Assembly (NCBI GenBank): GCA_964016885.1
Contig: OZ024746.1
Span: forward strand, 26,970,001 to 27,034,000
DNA: 64,000 nt
Direction of reading: 5' to 3'
DNA from: Eledone cirrhosa
Taxonomy: Eukaryota
Part shown: piece by piece, positions 1 to 13,034 of the stretch
Position numbering within the stretch: position 1 is the first letter of the stretch
Layout: each line of letters begins with the position of its first letter
The notes under the pieces: model-generated
Told to the model about the DNA's origin: nothing
Databases searched by the model: none
What the model saw: the letters and a program-made list of their open reading frames with translations, nothing else
Made by a program: the position numbers and the translations under genes

Positions 1-460
1 ATCTCTGGCCTTTGTGAATAGATAATATTACATCTTCATCTACATTTAACTCTATATTTAACCTTTTCAAAGTATTCCTTCCATGGAGAGAGAGTATCTC
101 AACTTCGTGTATAGGGTTGTACAATCAGAAGATAGAACTGGATTTGATTTGTTCTCCCTCTGACCATACACTGCCTTCAGACCATTATAAAAGGCCCATG
201 ATCCTTTTTAGTGGCAGCATCTTGTAGTTCAGCTGCTCTAGCTGCCCACAAGGCATCCTTAATCTTTCTAAGTGCTTGTTGCTTACAATCTTTTAGGCTT
301 TCGTTTTAGTTTCCAATCCGAGTTTTTGTTTCCAATCCAAAGCCTATTATGCATCTTGCTGATAAGATTTTGGACATCTGAATTGCTTTCATTAAACCAT
401 TCCTGGTGTTTTCTCATAGGAAATCCTAAGATTTCTACAGAGGCTGCATAGATGACATCT
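1..460 (-). mobile_element. Degraded RTE-clade LINE ORF2 fragment (endonuclease-RT linker)
   Basis: Minus-strand translation gives KHQEWFNESNSDVQNLI and, in another frame, ALRKIKDALWAARAAELQDAATKKDHGPFYNGLKAVYG, typical of the RTE/BovB linker. Frameshifted. Confidence 0.7.
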
Positions 461-486
461 TTGATGATATATATGTATATATATAT

Positions 487-1210
<724 letters not shown>

Positions 1211-1476
1211 ACACGGCCACATTACAGTGTGGACTGTGTTTTTTCTCGTGACACCTACACGATCTCGATCTCGATCTCATTTATTTGGACTGGATGTTGT
1301 GGTACCAACTTTATAGATAGAGGGTATTGTTGGTGGGAGTGGGAGGATAGGGTAGGGGTAGTGGATTGGGGTGTATATTTGGATAAGAGGTGGCTACTGA
1401 CTGTAGGTATCGCTTTGTACATAGGCAAGGCGGGTCCTCTGTATTACTGCGTAGCGCCAAAGATCTCGGTCCAGTG

Positions 1477-2800
1477 ACATTGTCTTAGACAAGTGCAAGT
1501 GTATATATATATATATATATATATTCTTCTTAGAGAAGAATAAGCCACTATACTTTGCTTTTGTTGACCTAGAGAAGGCCTTTGATAGGGTACACCGATG
1601 TGTCATTTGGTGGTCCCTAATGAAACTAGGTGTAGAGGAATGTGAGGACAGTGCAAGCTATGTACAGAGGAGCTGTCACTAAAGTGAGGGTAGGAATGGA
1701 GTTTAGTGAGGAATTCCAGATACAAGTAGGAGTACATCAGGGTTCGGTCCTCAACCCGCTCTTGTTCATTATAGTCCTCCAAGCCATAACAGAGGAGTTT
1801 AAGACTGACTGCCCATGGGAACTTCTCTATGCTGATGATCTGGTTGTTATAGCAGAATCAGTAGAGGAGCTAGAGAATAAATTTTGGCTATGGAAACAGC
1901 AGTTGGAATCAAGAGGACTGAGAGTGAACATAGCTAAGACAAAAGTGTTGATAAGTAGAAAAGAGGGCAAAGCTCCGATTCCATCAGGGAAATGGCCATG
2001 TTCGATATGTAGAAAAGGAACTGGCATAAATTCTATAAAATGTACACAATGCAGATCTTGGGGACACTAGAGATGTAGTGGGATAGCAGGAAAACTAACA
2101 GGTAGGGAAAACCATGTATGCTGTAGATGTACATGGAAATTTAACAGTAGTAATCGCAGTGATAGACACATTTTTCAAATGCAGGTGGGTTCTATAGAAG
2201 TGGTTGATAGTTTTTGGTACTAAGGTGATCATGGGAGGGGGGGGGGTGTTCCGAGGCCATAGTATCTAGAATAAGGATGGGTTGGAAGAAGTTTAGGGAG
2301 CTGCTTCCTCTGTTGACAAAGAAGGGTTTCTCCCTGCGTACGAAAGGCCAGTTATATGATGCTTGTGTGAGATGCACGATGCTGCATGGTAGTGAGACAT
2401 GGGCAGCAACTACAGAGGATATGCGACGGCTGGAGAGAAATGAAGCAAGCCTGCTCCATTGGATGTGCAATGTCAATGTGCGTGAATGACCAAGCATAGA
2501 TGAGTTGAGAGAGAACCTGGGTATAAGAGGGATAAGTTGTGGTGTGCAGGAGAGAAGACTGAGATGGTATGGACATGTGATGCGCATGGAGGATGACCAC
2601 TGGGTAAAGAAGTGCAAAGAAATCCCAGTAGAGGAAGACCACAAAAAAACATGGGCGGAGGTGGTGAGGGCACACCTCAGATCGCTGAAGCTCACGGAGG
2701 AGATGACAAAAGATTGTGACAAGTGGAGAGATGCTGCGCTGAATAGGACCCGTCCCACTCTTGCAAGCAGGGAAAAGCGGATGTAAAATGATGATGATGA
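1477..2800 (+). mobile_element. 5'-truncated, decayed RTE-type LINE (RT domain to 3' tail)
   Basis: LYFAFVDLEKAFDRV, GVHQGSVLNPLLF, LLYADDLV, MLHGSETW and RRLRWYGHVMRM across broken ORFs 1642-2070, 2277-2489 and 2505-2786. Ends in an (ATG)n tail. Confidence 0.92.
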
Positions 2801-2918
2801 TATATATATTTCTTTTTATTAAAGCTAAATAGTGAGTCTTGTTACTCTGGAGTTTTACCTGTTTATCACAGGGTCATTTTGTTTGATGACCCTGTGATGA
2901 ACAGGTGAAACTCTAGAG

Positions 2919-5384
2919 CACAGTTTCTCAACCCATTTAGGCCAAACACCCCTTTTGTCGCTCAAAATCTCAACACTCCCTTATTTTCCCATTCTCCAAT
3001 ATACTACTGATTTTGATATCAGTAGATTACTAAAAAATTGATTAACAATATTCCAAAGATACCATTGCAAGCAACTGAGAGTATAAATACATTCCTTGAA
3101 AGGAAATATATAAATTTCAAAAAAAGGAACATAAATGTTCTTTTTTATGAATAAGGACCAGTTGAATTTTTTATATTCCCACCAGGCGATACCAGCTATT
3201 TTGAACATTTATACAAGAGCAACTCTGTCTATCCCAAGAGTGCTCTTATCTGGAAGAAAGTGGCCATTATACCATTTCAAAGTTTTCCAATTTTCCCTTT
3301 AATGAAATGCACAGAATAAATGTTGATATCTAACTTGATGTCCCCTCTGCTTTGTGAGCTTAGAGATCACGGAAGAGGGTTTTCATGACCACGCGGGAGG
3401 GTATATTTATTAGTAAATGGTAAAATATGTACAACAAATGAGTAAGTGAATTGTAGCAGATGGTTTCCAGTCCAGTCAGACTGCAACAACAAATAAAAAA
3501 ATTGTTAGTTTGCTTTGTAACAATAGCATTTCGGATAAATCAACTTCGGATAAATCAACTTACTTTAACTTTGATCTCATTTCAATGGGACCCTTGAGCT
3601 TCATGGAGTCTAGCTAACTCTTTGACGTGAGGCTTAATTTTCCTAAGATGAAGCCAGAGATCTCCACGTGTAATTGCATTATAGCAGTTGCGAGCCTTAC
3701 TGTGCAGTCTGGAAAAGGCAGAACAAATTTCTTAGCCTCTGCATGTAGGTGTGGAAATTGACGCTGAATTTTCTCTTGCATCCCAAAAAGGAGTTCACCT
3801 ATTTTGGGAAATCTAATTTTGATCATGTCATCTGCTTGAAGTTCGATGAATTTGTCCTGGAATTTAACGTCTAAATCGTCGACGTTAGCTATGAAGGGAT
3901 CTACTATCCACACTGGGAGGTCCATCGGCAAAAGGTCGACAAACCATTCTCTCATGTTGTCTTGTAGTGCATGGAGGTGAGTGGTATAAATTTGGAGTTG
4001 GTCATCGCTTACAATGTTTTGAACATTGGCAACACTAGGAAAATATTAGAATTCCCGTCGACAAAGATTCCTTTCGATGACATTCAATTTAGCCAGGAAG
4101 GTTTTCACAGCATTGCTTGTTTTAAGCAAGGTGATCTTCCCCTGCAAAACCAAAATGATGCTATTGCATTTGTCGAAGATGGCGGTGAGGTAGGCGCAAT
4201 CTTGCCTCACATCGAGGGTTTTCTTGTACAGTTCTGTGTTGCGTCCGCGCAGAAACTCAATGATAGAGTCGAAGAGTTCAAAGAAGTGAGTAAAGCACTT
4301 GCCCTTTGAAAGCCACCTCACTTCAGTATGAAGGAGCAACTTGACGAATTCTTCGTCATTATCTTGGCACAGTTGCCAGAAAATTTGTTCATTGAGGGAA
4401 TGGCGTTTGATAAAATTGATGCCATCAATGGCCACCTGCAAGGACTTGCTGAGCGGCTTGCTGAGTTTCTTTGCAGCCAAGTGTTGTCGATGAATGACAC
4501 AATGAACAGCAAATACAGATAGATTTTCTCTCTTCAGAAGAGTGATGAAACTCTTATGTTGGCCGACCATTGCTCTTGTGTTGTCCGTAGCACATGATAC
4601 AATGTGTGTTGTATGTGGTCCTAGATGTATTACCTACCTATGTGTTGTATGTAGTCCTAGATGTATGTATTACCTGCTTATGTATTGCATGTGGTCCCAG
4701 CTGTATGTATTACCTGCTTGTGTGTTGTATATGGTCCTAGATGTGTGTATTACCTCCTTATGTGTTGTATGTGATCCTAGATGTATGTATTACCTGCTTA
4801 TGTGTTGTATGTGGTCCTAGATGTATGTATTACCTGCCTGTGTGTTGTATGTGGTCCTAGACGTGTGTATTATCTAATTATGTGTTGTATGTGGTCCTAG
4901 ATGTATGTACTACCTGCTTATTTGTTTTTACTTTTCTTTTTTTATTTGTAATATTATTTATACAATAGGGAATAAAATAGACCTATATAGTGTTAACTCA
5001 TTACGGTTGAGTCAATAATTTCAGACATGAAATACATTGTTATCGGTGAAGGAAAGTCAAGATTCTAACTGGCTGCGCTTGAAGTGTCCTTGACCCAGTT
5101 GACTGTGGGTTTTTCCAATTTTATGATCTCAATTACCGGTTAATGTCTAAACACACCTGCACACTTGCTCACAGCTGCGGTCAGACTATAGTTATGCTGT
5201 CTGCAAGCTCATTCAAATGCATTCACACTGGCTGTCTCAAAGACATACAAATATGGCTTATAAAACTTACCAAAGTAAAGAACCTTCTAGCCCCCCCCCC
5301 CCCCCAGCTCCAAATGCTCCCCTAATGCGATCTTGCTCCCAAACACCTCCAGGGGTGCATATGTCCCCCCGTTGAGAACCTTTG
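2919..5384 (-). mobile_element. hAT DNA transposon, Buster/Charlie (SCAND3/ZBED8-like) type, defective
   Basis: 14-bp TIRs CACAGTTTCTCAAC / rc CAAAGGTTCTCAAC. 8-bp TSD CTCTAGAG (2911-2918) / CTCTAGTG (5385-5392) with the central TA typical of Buster. Transposase motifs HCVIHRQHLAAK and LLLHTEVRWLSKG in broken ORFs 4046-4570 and 3614-3955. Confidence 0.93.
4603..4921. repeat. 40-bp minisatellite (~8 copies) inside the hAT element
   Basis: Unit TGTGTTGTATGTGGTCCTAGATGTATGTATTACCTGCTTA. Confidence 0.93.
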
Positions 5385-5858
5385 CTCTAGTGTAACAAGA
5401 CTCACTACTTAGCTTTAATAAAATGAATATTTAAATTCTACTTTGGTATTGAGTACTCTTTTCTCTCAGCTATCAACCACTTATGGATATGTATATATCA
5501 TCATCATCACCATTTAATGTTCATTTTCCACACTAGCATGGGTTAGATGAGCTGTCCCGTTTGAGATTGATTATGTCTGGAAGGAGTTTTATCATAAGAC
5601 TGATTTAGGATTAAATAACCACATGACTTTCACTGTCGTATTACTTATAATCAGTAATACCCCTTCCCTCTCTTAGAGTTATGAGGACTTGTGACAATGT
5701 AGGAAATATATATTAAACACATTAATCAATATTCAATATATATTATATATTATATCAATGTCTAATATATATTATATAAATGTTCAATATATATTATGTA
5801 TTATACACATTAATCAATGTTCAATATATATATATATATATGTATATATGTTTTCCAG

Positions 5859-5907
5859 CTCAAATAATCCAAAAACATGGTAAAGTACAAGTTGAATATT
5901 TTTCAAG
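5859..5907 (+). CDS. Kinase-like gene, coding exon A (first exon found in the window; upstream exons missing)
   Basis: ttttccag acceptor, gtaagt donor. xQIIQKHGKVQVEYFS; ends in phase 2, matching the next exon. Confidence 0.65.
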
Positions 5908-6629
5908 GTAAGTAAATGAAAGATCAATTGAATTAGCAATATCTCTAACACTGAGTAGTTCAGAATAAAGGCAAATATGGACTCAATTGAATAATATACA
6001 GGTTTTATTTTATGTTAACCGGAGAGCTTCCACATGTTCGCTCAACCTGTTACAAATACAGTCAAATCTCTCTCAAATCATACTCTGACATATAAGGACA
6101 CAGTTGTTAGTGTAATTGTGGAACTAAATAATACAGTTATTTTCATTTTAAATCTTTTAAAGAAAGTTATCATAAATAAACCGTTGCAGAGCATTTATTT
6201 TTGTTTATATAATTTTGCTTTGATTTTTTTACTGGTTTCAGTTATTGAATTGTGGCCATTAAGATTTCACTTATATTTAACAGTGGGTAGGATGACTTGG
6301 AATATCTTTATTCACATATAAAAAAATAATAATAAAACTAATGATAATATAATGAAATATCTGCTGTAGTTTTGCTGGTTAGTCATAGTATTTCTTCATG
6401 ACGTGTGTCTGTCTATTTTACATGTTTGGGAATGAACTAAAAAAGGAATTAGTAAGAGTTATCCAACTTGGAATTAAAAAGTTTGAACTGAAATGTTTTA
6501 AAACAAAATGAGGTTGCTACAAACCCATGCCAACCTGGTAAATTGGATGCATAGCAATAATGATTAGTCATTTTATTAAATCCCTTGTTAGTCTTGATTA
6601 TTTTAAAAATTAATATAAGTATACATGAA

Positions 6630-6956
6630 TGACAAAGCATAGATGGGCTGAGAAAAATCTTGGAATTAGAAAAATCAAATGTAATGCCTAAGAGAGAAGA
6701 CTGTACTTCTATAGACTTGTGAAGTGTATGGATGATGGCTATTGGGTGAAGAAAAGCCAGAAATTTCCTGTAGAAAGAAGCTGCTGTAGAGGAAAGCCAA
6801 GGAAGATTTGGACAGAAGTGGTAAGAATGGACCTCATGAGGAAACAAAGGAATGCAGTAGGTAGAGGAAAACTGTGCTGGAAAAGACCCATTCAACCTAT
6901 GCAAGCATGAAAAAAAGCAAGACATGTGTAAATAGTGGAGGTGGTGATGATGATGA
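6630..6956 (+). mobile_element. RTE-type LINE 3' fragment
   Basis: MDDGYWVKK...RGKPRKIWTEVVRMD parallels 2505-2786; ends with a (GAT)n tail. Confidence 0.75.
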
Positions 6957-7150
6957 TATATTTTATTAGAAATAATCATGAAGAAAAGGTTAATTGACTT
7001 ATAAGAACCATTTACTTTAATAAAATTAGCCCTCTGTATAATTATAAAAAAATTATCATTTGATCATTTTCTGTATTTCATGGAATTTTTTTATATTTGT
7101 TCTAAATATTTATTTTTAAATCCCTGACTGTTTATTTTACAAATTTCCAG

Positions 7151-7298
7151 CAATCCTTTGAAAGGTGCCACAGCACATTGTGGGACAATAGCAAGTCCCA
7201 AAACAAATGTAAATGAAGTTATTGAAAGCTGTCTAAAGATTCTTGACATGATCAAAAATGATGGAGCCCCTGAAGGTGTATTATTAGATCCAACAAAG
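7151..7298 (+). CDS. Kinase-like gene, exon B (N-terminal extension of the kinase domain)
   Basis: tttccag / gtttgt. SNPLKGATAHCGTIASPKTNVNEVIESCLKILDMIKNDGAPEGVLLDPTK. EGVLL recalls the NIK 'EGVLL' / COT 'SGILL' motif preceding the kinase domain. Confidence 0.8.
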
Positions 7299-7666
7299 GT
7301 TTGTATGTTTACATGAATTACACTGTTTTTATAATAATTATTGTCTATTCTGTTATTCATCTGACATATTTTTGTACAAAATATTTAACTTTACTTAACT
7401 TTTAGATTGAGTTTAGTTTATTTCATTGCAGTTGAATAGATATTGAGTACAGTCATAGGTGTGTGATAAGGTTTTGGCTGGGGTTTATCACACAGTATGA
7501 CACTTGGATCAAGTGTCTTCTACTATTACCTTGGTTCCACCAATTCTTATCAATGGAGATCCTCCAAATATCTATAGCAATATATATGCTTACTTCCCAT
7601 ATGTATCGCCCTAATGTTCTTATGACAAACCTCTGATATTATATTTGTGTTTTAACCTTTATTATA

Positions 7667-7713
7667 TACTCCGATGATTCTGGCTTTGTGCTAGGATGAA
7701 ACGATTATAAGTA
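7667..7713 (+). ncRNA. Degenerate minimal type I hammerhead motif (Penelope-type remnant)
   Basis: TACT-CCGATGA-TTCTGGC tttgt GCTAGGAT-GAAA-CGATTA-TA-AGTA. The core has a U4C change and stem III is imperfect. Confidence 0.5.
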
Positions 7714-8269
7714 ATTAAATGTTTTAAACACTCTTTGATTGTTATTTGTAATGTATATATATATATATATATATCTATATATATATATTCTGGCTCTCCA
7801 CCTAAGTCCAAGGAAACCATCACTGACTATTAAAAGATTTGATGCTTTTGACAATGGACCTTGAAGCCCAATAAACTCCTACATGTTCTTTTAACAGACC
7901 TTACAAACAAAGATGCATATGTGTACACTAGTGTACATAGGTGAATTCTGAAGTATAGCATTATGTCTTTTTCATCCATCAATAGATCTGCAATCGTCCT
8001 ATATGAACTGCATGTTGTACTATCTATTGTCATAAACTTCTACTGTAGTGAACTTTTTGACTACTCTTATCAATTTGTTGCTGATTAATAAGTCAAACTT
8101 TAGAAAGACATATAGGACCATAAATAACTGCAGAGCAAGTTTACCCCATTTACTTCACAAATTGTGCATTTTTGTGCAACTCACTTAAATTCTGTGTACT
8201 TTTTCAAAAACATCTGCACCATCATTTATCTATGTTTTCCTTTGAGAGTGATGAAAAGGATTCCTTTCT

Positions 8270-8980
8270 ATAATAATAATAATGAAATTATTGTGTACAG
8301 TGCTCAGGTGCACAACTCGTCAAATGTGCATGTATAGTACATAGAATAATATACAAATGTCAGGGAAGTGAATAGTGTATGAGTCATGATATACATGTGT
8401 GCGTGTGTATGGAGGGGGAATATTAGGTGTAGTGTTGGCGAATCTCGGGAAGCATGGAGGTTTTAAAGGATGCAGTGTCTCAACAGCTAACAACTGATGC
8501 AGGTAGTTTGTTCCATGCTTCAGCAACCCTGAGCATAAAAAATGTTTCCGAAAGTCATGGGAGCTGTGCTCTCTTTTGACTTTGTGGGCATGCCCACGTG
8601 TGTTAGACACATGGAAATCAAAAAGGTACTCAGGGTTGTTGTTGGCAAGATGGTTAGTAATTTTGTGGGTGTTTACCAAGTCAGTTGCCAGACGTTGGAG
8701 CTTCGATGTATCCATGCCCAGGGAAGCAAGGCGTTCAGAGTATGGTAGATGCCTGATGGAGAGTATTGGTCAATGTTCTGAGCAAGATAGGGGTTCCAGA
8801 CTAGTGATGCAAATTCTAAGTGTGGCCGCACCATAGCTATATACAGCTTTAAATAGATAGCTGGAGAGCGGCTGACAAAGGTCTTGCTGAGTGATGCTAA
8901 GACACCCTTGACCTACTTGACAATTTTAGAGACGTGTTTCGTCCAACGCAAATCGCTGGTGACCGTAATGCCCAGGTCTT
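8270..8980 (-). mobile_element. CR1/Jockey-group LINE 3' fragment, decayed
   Basis: DLGITVTSDLRWTKHV, MVRPHLEFASLVWNP, YSERLASLGM and NTRGHAHKV on the minus strand; (ATT)n tail. Confidence 0.85.
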
Positions 8981-9009
8981 CTCAGTTATACTCATATTTT
9001 TCAAAGAAG

Positions 9010-9064
9010 AATTTATACAGTACTTAAATTTATACAGTACTTAAATTTATACAGTACTTAAATT
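9010..9064. repeat. 17-bp tandem repeat x3
   Basis: AATTTATACAGTACTTA repeated three times. Confidence 0.9.
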
Positions 9065-9458
9065 GCAGATTTACTTTGTAGAAGGGATCACTTTCCTCAT
9101 ATAAGCTCACTATACAGCATCTGCTTTGGTTCAACATAAATGAAGCTGGTGTACTATTGTCTCAATACTGAAGATGCTGGCTCCCCTTACAAACAGTATT
9201 TTGCAGACCAACTGACATTCAGAATGTCTTAAACATTTCTGAGGAAACTACTTAAGAACCTTTGTCTAATGCTTGTAAAAGGTCCATATTGTATATGAAT
9301 AAAGAAGAGAAGTCAATACATATCTTCTCATATGTTTACAACCACATGTACCCACTTATTTATATATATCTTTGGCTATATTTGAACTCATAATAATTCT
9401 AATTATTTACTTTTCTACTTACAGAACTCAATAAATCTGTTTTCTATTTACTTTATAG

Positions 9459-9596
9459 ATCACAAAATCCCCAGGAGGAACATACAAAAAGGGCAAAGAT
9501 TATGATATTCTGAATGAAATCCTAGGCAAAGGGTTAAATGGTGAAATAGTTGTAGCTCGAGATAAGAAATGTGAGACAGATCATGCTTTGAAAACA
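9459..9596 (+). CDS. Kinase-like gene, exon C (Gly-rich loop and beta3 Lys)
   Basis: ctttatag / gtaagt. ITKSPGGTYKKGKDYDILNEILGKGLNGEIVVARDKKCETDHALKT contains GxGxxG and an AxK motif. Confidence 0.88.
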
Positions 9597-10020
9597 GTAA
9601 GTTATATAAACAACATAAAACAATTATAGAAGCATTTAAAACAGTTAATAAATAGCATACAACCATTACACATACAACATAAAGTAGTTATATAAACAAA
9701 GCAGGGAAAAGCGGACGTAAAATGATGATGATGATGAAAACATATAAATAACAAAACAATTATATATATATACAGGACAAAACAGTTATGACAACACAAA
9801 ACAATTATATAAACATAAAACAAATATATATATATATATACACACACACAACACAAAACATTTACCACAAAATAGTTATATAAACAACAAAAAAGGGATT
9901 TTTGGTCAGGCTCCTTATATTTAGGTTGCTTGAATGTGAGTATACCCCTAGGGAATGATGCTTGGGAAGTGTTCTTTAGAGTGCTTTACTTCAGTGATTT
10001 GTATAAATTATTCTCTTTCT

Positions 10021-10064
<44 letters not shown>

Positions 10065-11058
10065 TACTCTGCATTTGTGGTCCCGGTTATTCGCGGAATT
10101 TCCCTTAGAACCTAACTAATAATTGTTCACGGAAACCACTTTAGATTCGCTCAATCGTAAATATCTTCCGCAATTTTTTAAATGTTTTTTTTCGTGGCAA
10201 TATATATTTTTTAACACTAAATTATTAATAACAATATACCATATTTGCCAGCCTATTGGACGCTCCCGCTTTTAAAAAAATTATATTTTACGTTATATTT
10301 TGACATTTATAGGCATTTTTATGGACCACGTCCAATATTCGCGGTCTTTCACTCTTCACAGGTGCTCTAGGAACGTAACCGAATACCGGGGGACAACTGT
10401 GTGTGTATGTCCCAATAGCTTTATTTAGCTATTGCTCGCACCAACTGGAGGTATATGACTTTTAAAGCGATGAAATACCAATGAAGGTTGGAAAATCACT
10501 GATGAAGGACTATTTTAATCATATGTAACCCATGTGCGACCATGCAGTATTCATTCTTCTCATGTTTTTTATATATATATATATATATATACATACATAC
10601 CCATAAAGGGTTATAACTCACAAATCTGTAATTTCTATTAATGGGACATAACCCATACAGAGATGTAAATATGTTCTATTAGTGACAGTTGTGTATTTTA
10701 TTACAGTTGTGTATTAATTCTCTGCCACATTGTTATCTTAATTTTACATCTTATTATGAAATAACGCCTTTATAGTATCCCATACTATGCCTAAACATGG
10801 CTTTGCTAATAATATCGAAAATCTGAAATTATAAATTTAGTGTCAAACAACACTTAGTATACACCCGTTAGTTCAAAGTTTCAAGTGTTGTTTTCATTTT
10901 TCTGAGATGACCAATAAACTAAATCAGGGTTTGAGTATTGATGCAGTCACTGCTGTGTTTTTAAGATGTTCACTCTGCAACTATGTGCCTTTAGGTTAAA
11001 TTCCATAGCATAACATCTTGGCCAAATGTCTTCTAGCATTGCTTATTTTATGTATAAT

Positions 11059-11246
11059 AATTGTTTCTACTTTCTGGCACAAAGCCAGCAATTACCCAGT
11101 GCATTACTGGTACTTTATTTTATCGGCCCCGTAAGGATGAAAGGCAAAGTTAACCTTGGCGGGATTCGAACTCAGAATGGCAAGGGTCGTAACTCTATAC
11201 GTCAAACCATAGCATCCGACCCTCTACCGGTACTGCCAATCCACCT
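11059..11246 (-). mobile_element. tRNA-headed SINE (Nin/Deu-like body)
   Basis: Minus strand has A-box-like TGGCAGTACCGG, B-box GAGTTCGAATCCC, then GCCTTTCATCCTTACGGG..GATAAAATAAAGTACCAG. Many copies in the window. Confidence 0.85.
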
Positions 11247-11309
11247 ATTTTATGTATAATAATGTTCATTAAGTTTATGTTATCTAATATAAGATATTTT
11301 TTCCCTCAG

Positions 11310-11445
11310 GTAATGTTAACATGCTTCAATTTAAATGAAATTCGTGCCTGGGTGAGCCTTGAAGGATGTGATCATTTTCCAAGTCTTTATATGTTCAAGA
11401 AAACTGATGGAAAAATTGAACTTCATCACGAAATTCTCAGCCATG
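11310..11445 (+). CDS. Kinase-like gene, exon D (alphaC Glu to hinge)
   Basis: ttccctcag / gtaatt. VMLTCFNLNEIRAWVSLEGCDHFPSLYMFKKTDGKIELHHEILSH; phases 0/1 fit the neighbouring exons. Confidence 0.85.
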
Positions 11446-11799
11446 GTAATTTTCTTCCTGATTATTCCCAATACATTTCAGAGCCATGTTATATTTATTA
11501 AGTATAAATGCAGGTATGGCCAAGTGCTGAAGAAGTTTGTATCACAATCATGAAGTTGAGGGTTTGACCACTTTGTAAGATGTCCTGTGTGGCTCTCACC
11601 TTAGACTTTGGTCAACCCAAACTTTGTGAGTAAATTTCAGGAGACAAAACTGTAGAAGTCTGTTAGATGTAATTTAGGAGGCCAACCTTGTTATGCTGTG
11701 TCACAATGATTCTGCCTGAGACTTATTCTGTGAAACACTCAACCACTTATACTATAATTCAATGAGTTGGCAGTTTAGTTAATTGGCTGTGTTGTTGTC

Positions 11800-12620
11800 A
11801 CATACCAAGTCAATACTTGATTTCCTTATTCACCAGTAGTTCTAACTTTATCCTGTAGGTCAAGTTGGACCTGCCATTTTTGTGGGATTTCTTGGCTTTA
11901 GGTAGTCTCAGGTTGCAGATAATTAAATCAGTTGACTGCTCAGCCCCTCTCTTAACATGAACATCCAGCACAATTAAAGAGATAAGAGACAATAACAAGA
12001 TCAATTACTTATCTCTGTTCCTGATTTCCCATATGGCATGTATGTTTATGAATGTCTCTGTGCTGGAAGAAGGTGTTCATAATAGAGAGCCTGTTACTAG
12101 AACAGAAGTCTAATTAGGCCTCTCCATTCATATATAAATCGGGATCACTGTTCCTTCCAATCACTCATTTCCATGTCAGGTGGTCAGTGCCAAAATGTGC
12201 ATTGAAGTCTCCCATCAAGATATATGGCTCTGTATTAACTACATCTAATGCTGCAGTAAGTTCATCAAAGAAGGATCTGTATTTGAACTCTCTGTTTGGT
12301 GCATAAACTTGCAGCACCCACAGAGACCTTTCTTTCAGCCTAAGCTTCATGAAGCAAATGCTACTGCCCAATGCGATCCAGTCCATAACTCATTCTGACA
12401 GTCAGGAACTTGTGAGTACCCACAACTCATGCCTGAACAGTCATTTCTGGCCCCACACCTGAATAGTGGAGTTTGCATCCTCCATCCAAATCTACAATAC
12501 TAAATCCATGAAAATTTGTTGAGGAAAACCCGACTTTATCTAATCAGTATCATCTGGTCTCCTTCACTAGTTTCTGCTCCTTAATTGTAAGGGTTGTAAT
12601 ATTCCCGTTACCAATTGTCA
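11800..12620 (-). mobile_element. Decayed LINE AP-endonuclease domain
   Basis: VLQVYAPN and ILMGDFNAHFG (ORF 12165-12386), plus an N-terminal IGNGNITTL-like segment. Multiple stops and frameshifts. Confidence 0.8.
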
Positions 12621-12881
12621 TGGTGTGTTCTCTTCCAGAAGACCTCAGATATAAAAGTCAAAACATGTAGAAAAGGTTATTTTCCTTCTTTTTGTTGTGG
12701 TTATGTGATTACCTTTCCCATCTGGTTTGTTAGTTTTCTTGCTCTGCTAATTAGATATCAATACATAATTGAGTATTGATATATTTCTCTATGAATTATC
12801 CCCCAAATCAGTTATATAAACTCTGTAAACAAAATTCTGATGTTTAAGATTTTAACAACACTTTCTCTGTTTTATATCCAG

Positions 12882-13034
12882 CTGTCACCATTAAAGATAT
12901 CATAAATGATCGGATGGAAAGACTGAGGGAACATCCAAATCTTCTTCATAATTTTTCTCTGTATGTTCTTCAAGGGCTATTAGAAGCCTCTACTACCATG
13001 CACTCAAAGCAGTGGCTACATGATGATATACATG
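12882..13034 (+). CDS. Kinase-like gene, exon E (alphaE and catalytic loop HDDIH)
   Basis: tatccag / gtatgt. AVTIKDIINDRMERLREHPNLLHNFSLYVLQGLLEASTTMHSKQWLHDDIH; phase 1/1. Confidence 0.88.

Larger units (their letters stand above)
2815..5422 (+). mobile_element. Penelope-like terminal fragment with inverted partial copy and a hammerhead motif, split by a hAT insertion
   Basis: 2815-2877 is the inverted copy of 2886-2918 + 5393-5422. The rejoined sequence reads TTGT-TTGATGA-CCCTGTGATGAACAGGT-GAAA-CTCTAGAG-TA-ACAA. Confidence 0.65.

Noticed and set aside
10060-10400. Tigger/pogo-like MITE
   Set aside because: The right end resembles a TIR (GAATACCGGGGGACAACTG), but the left end is too degraded to delimit.
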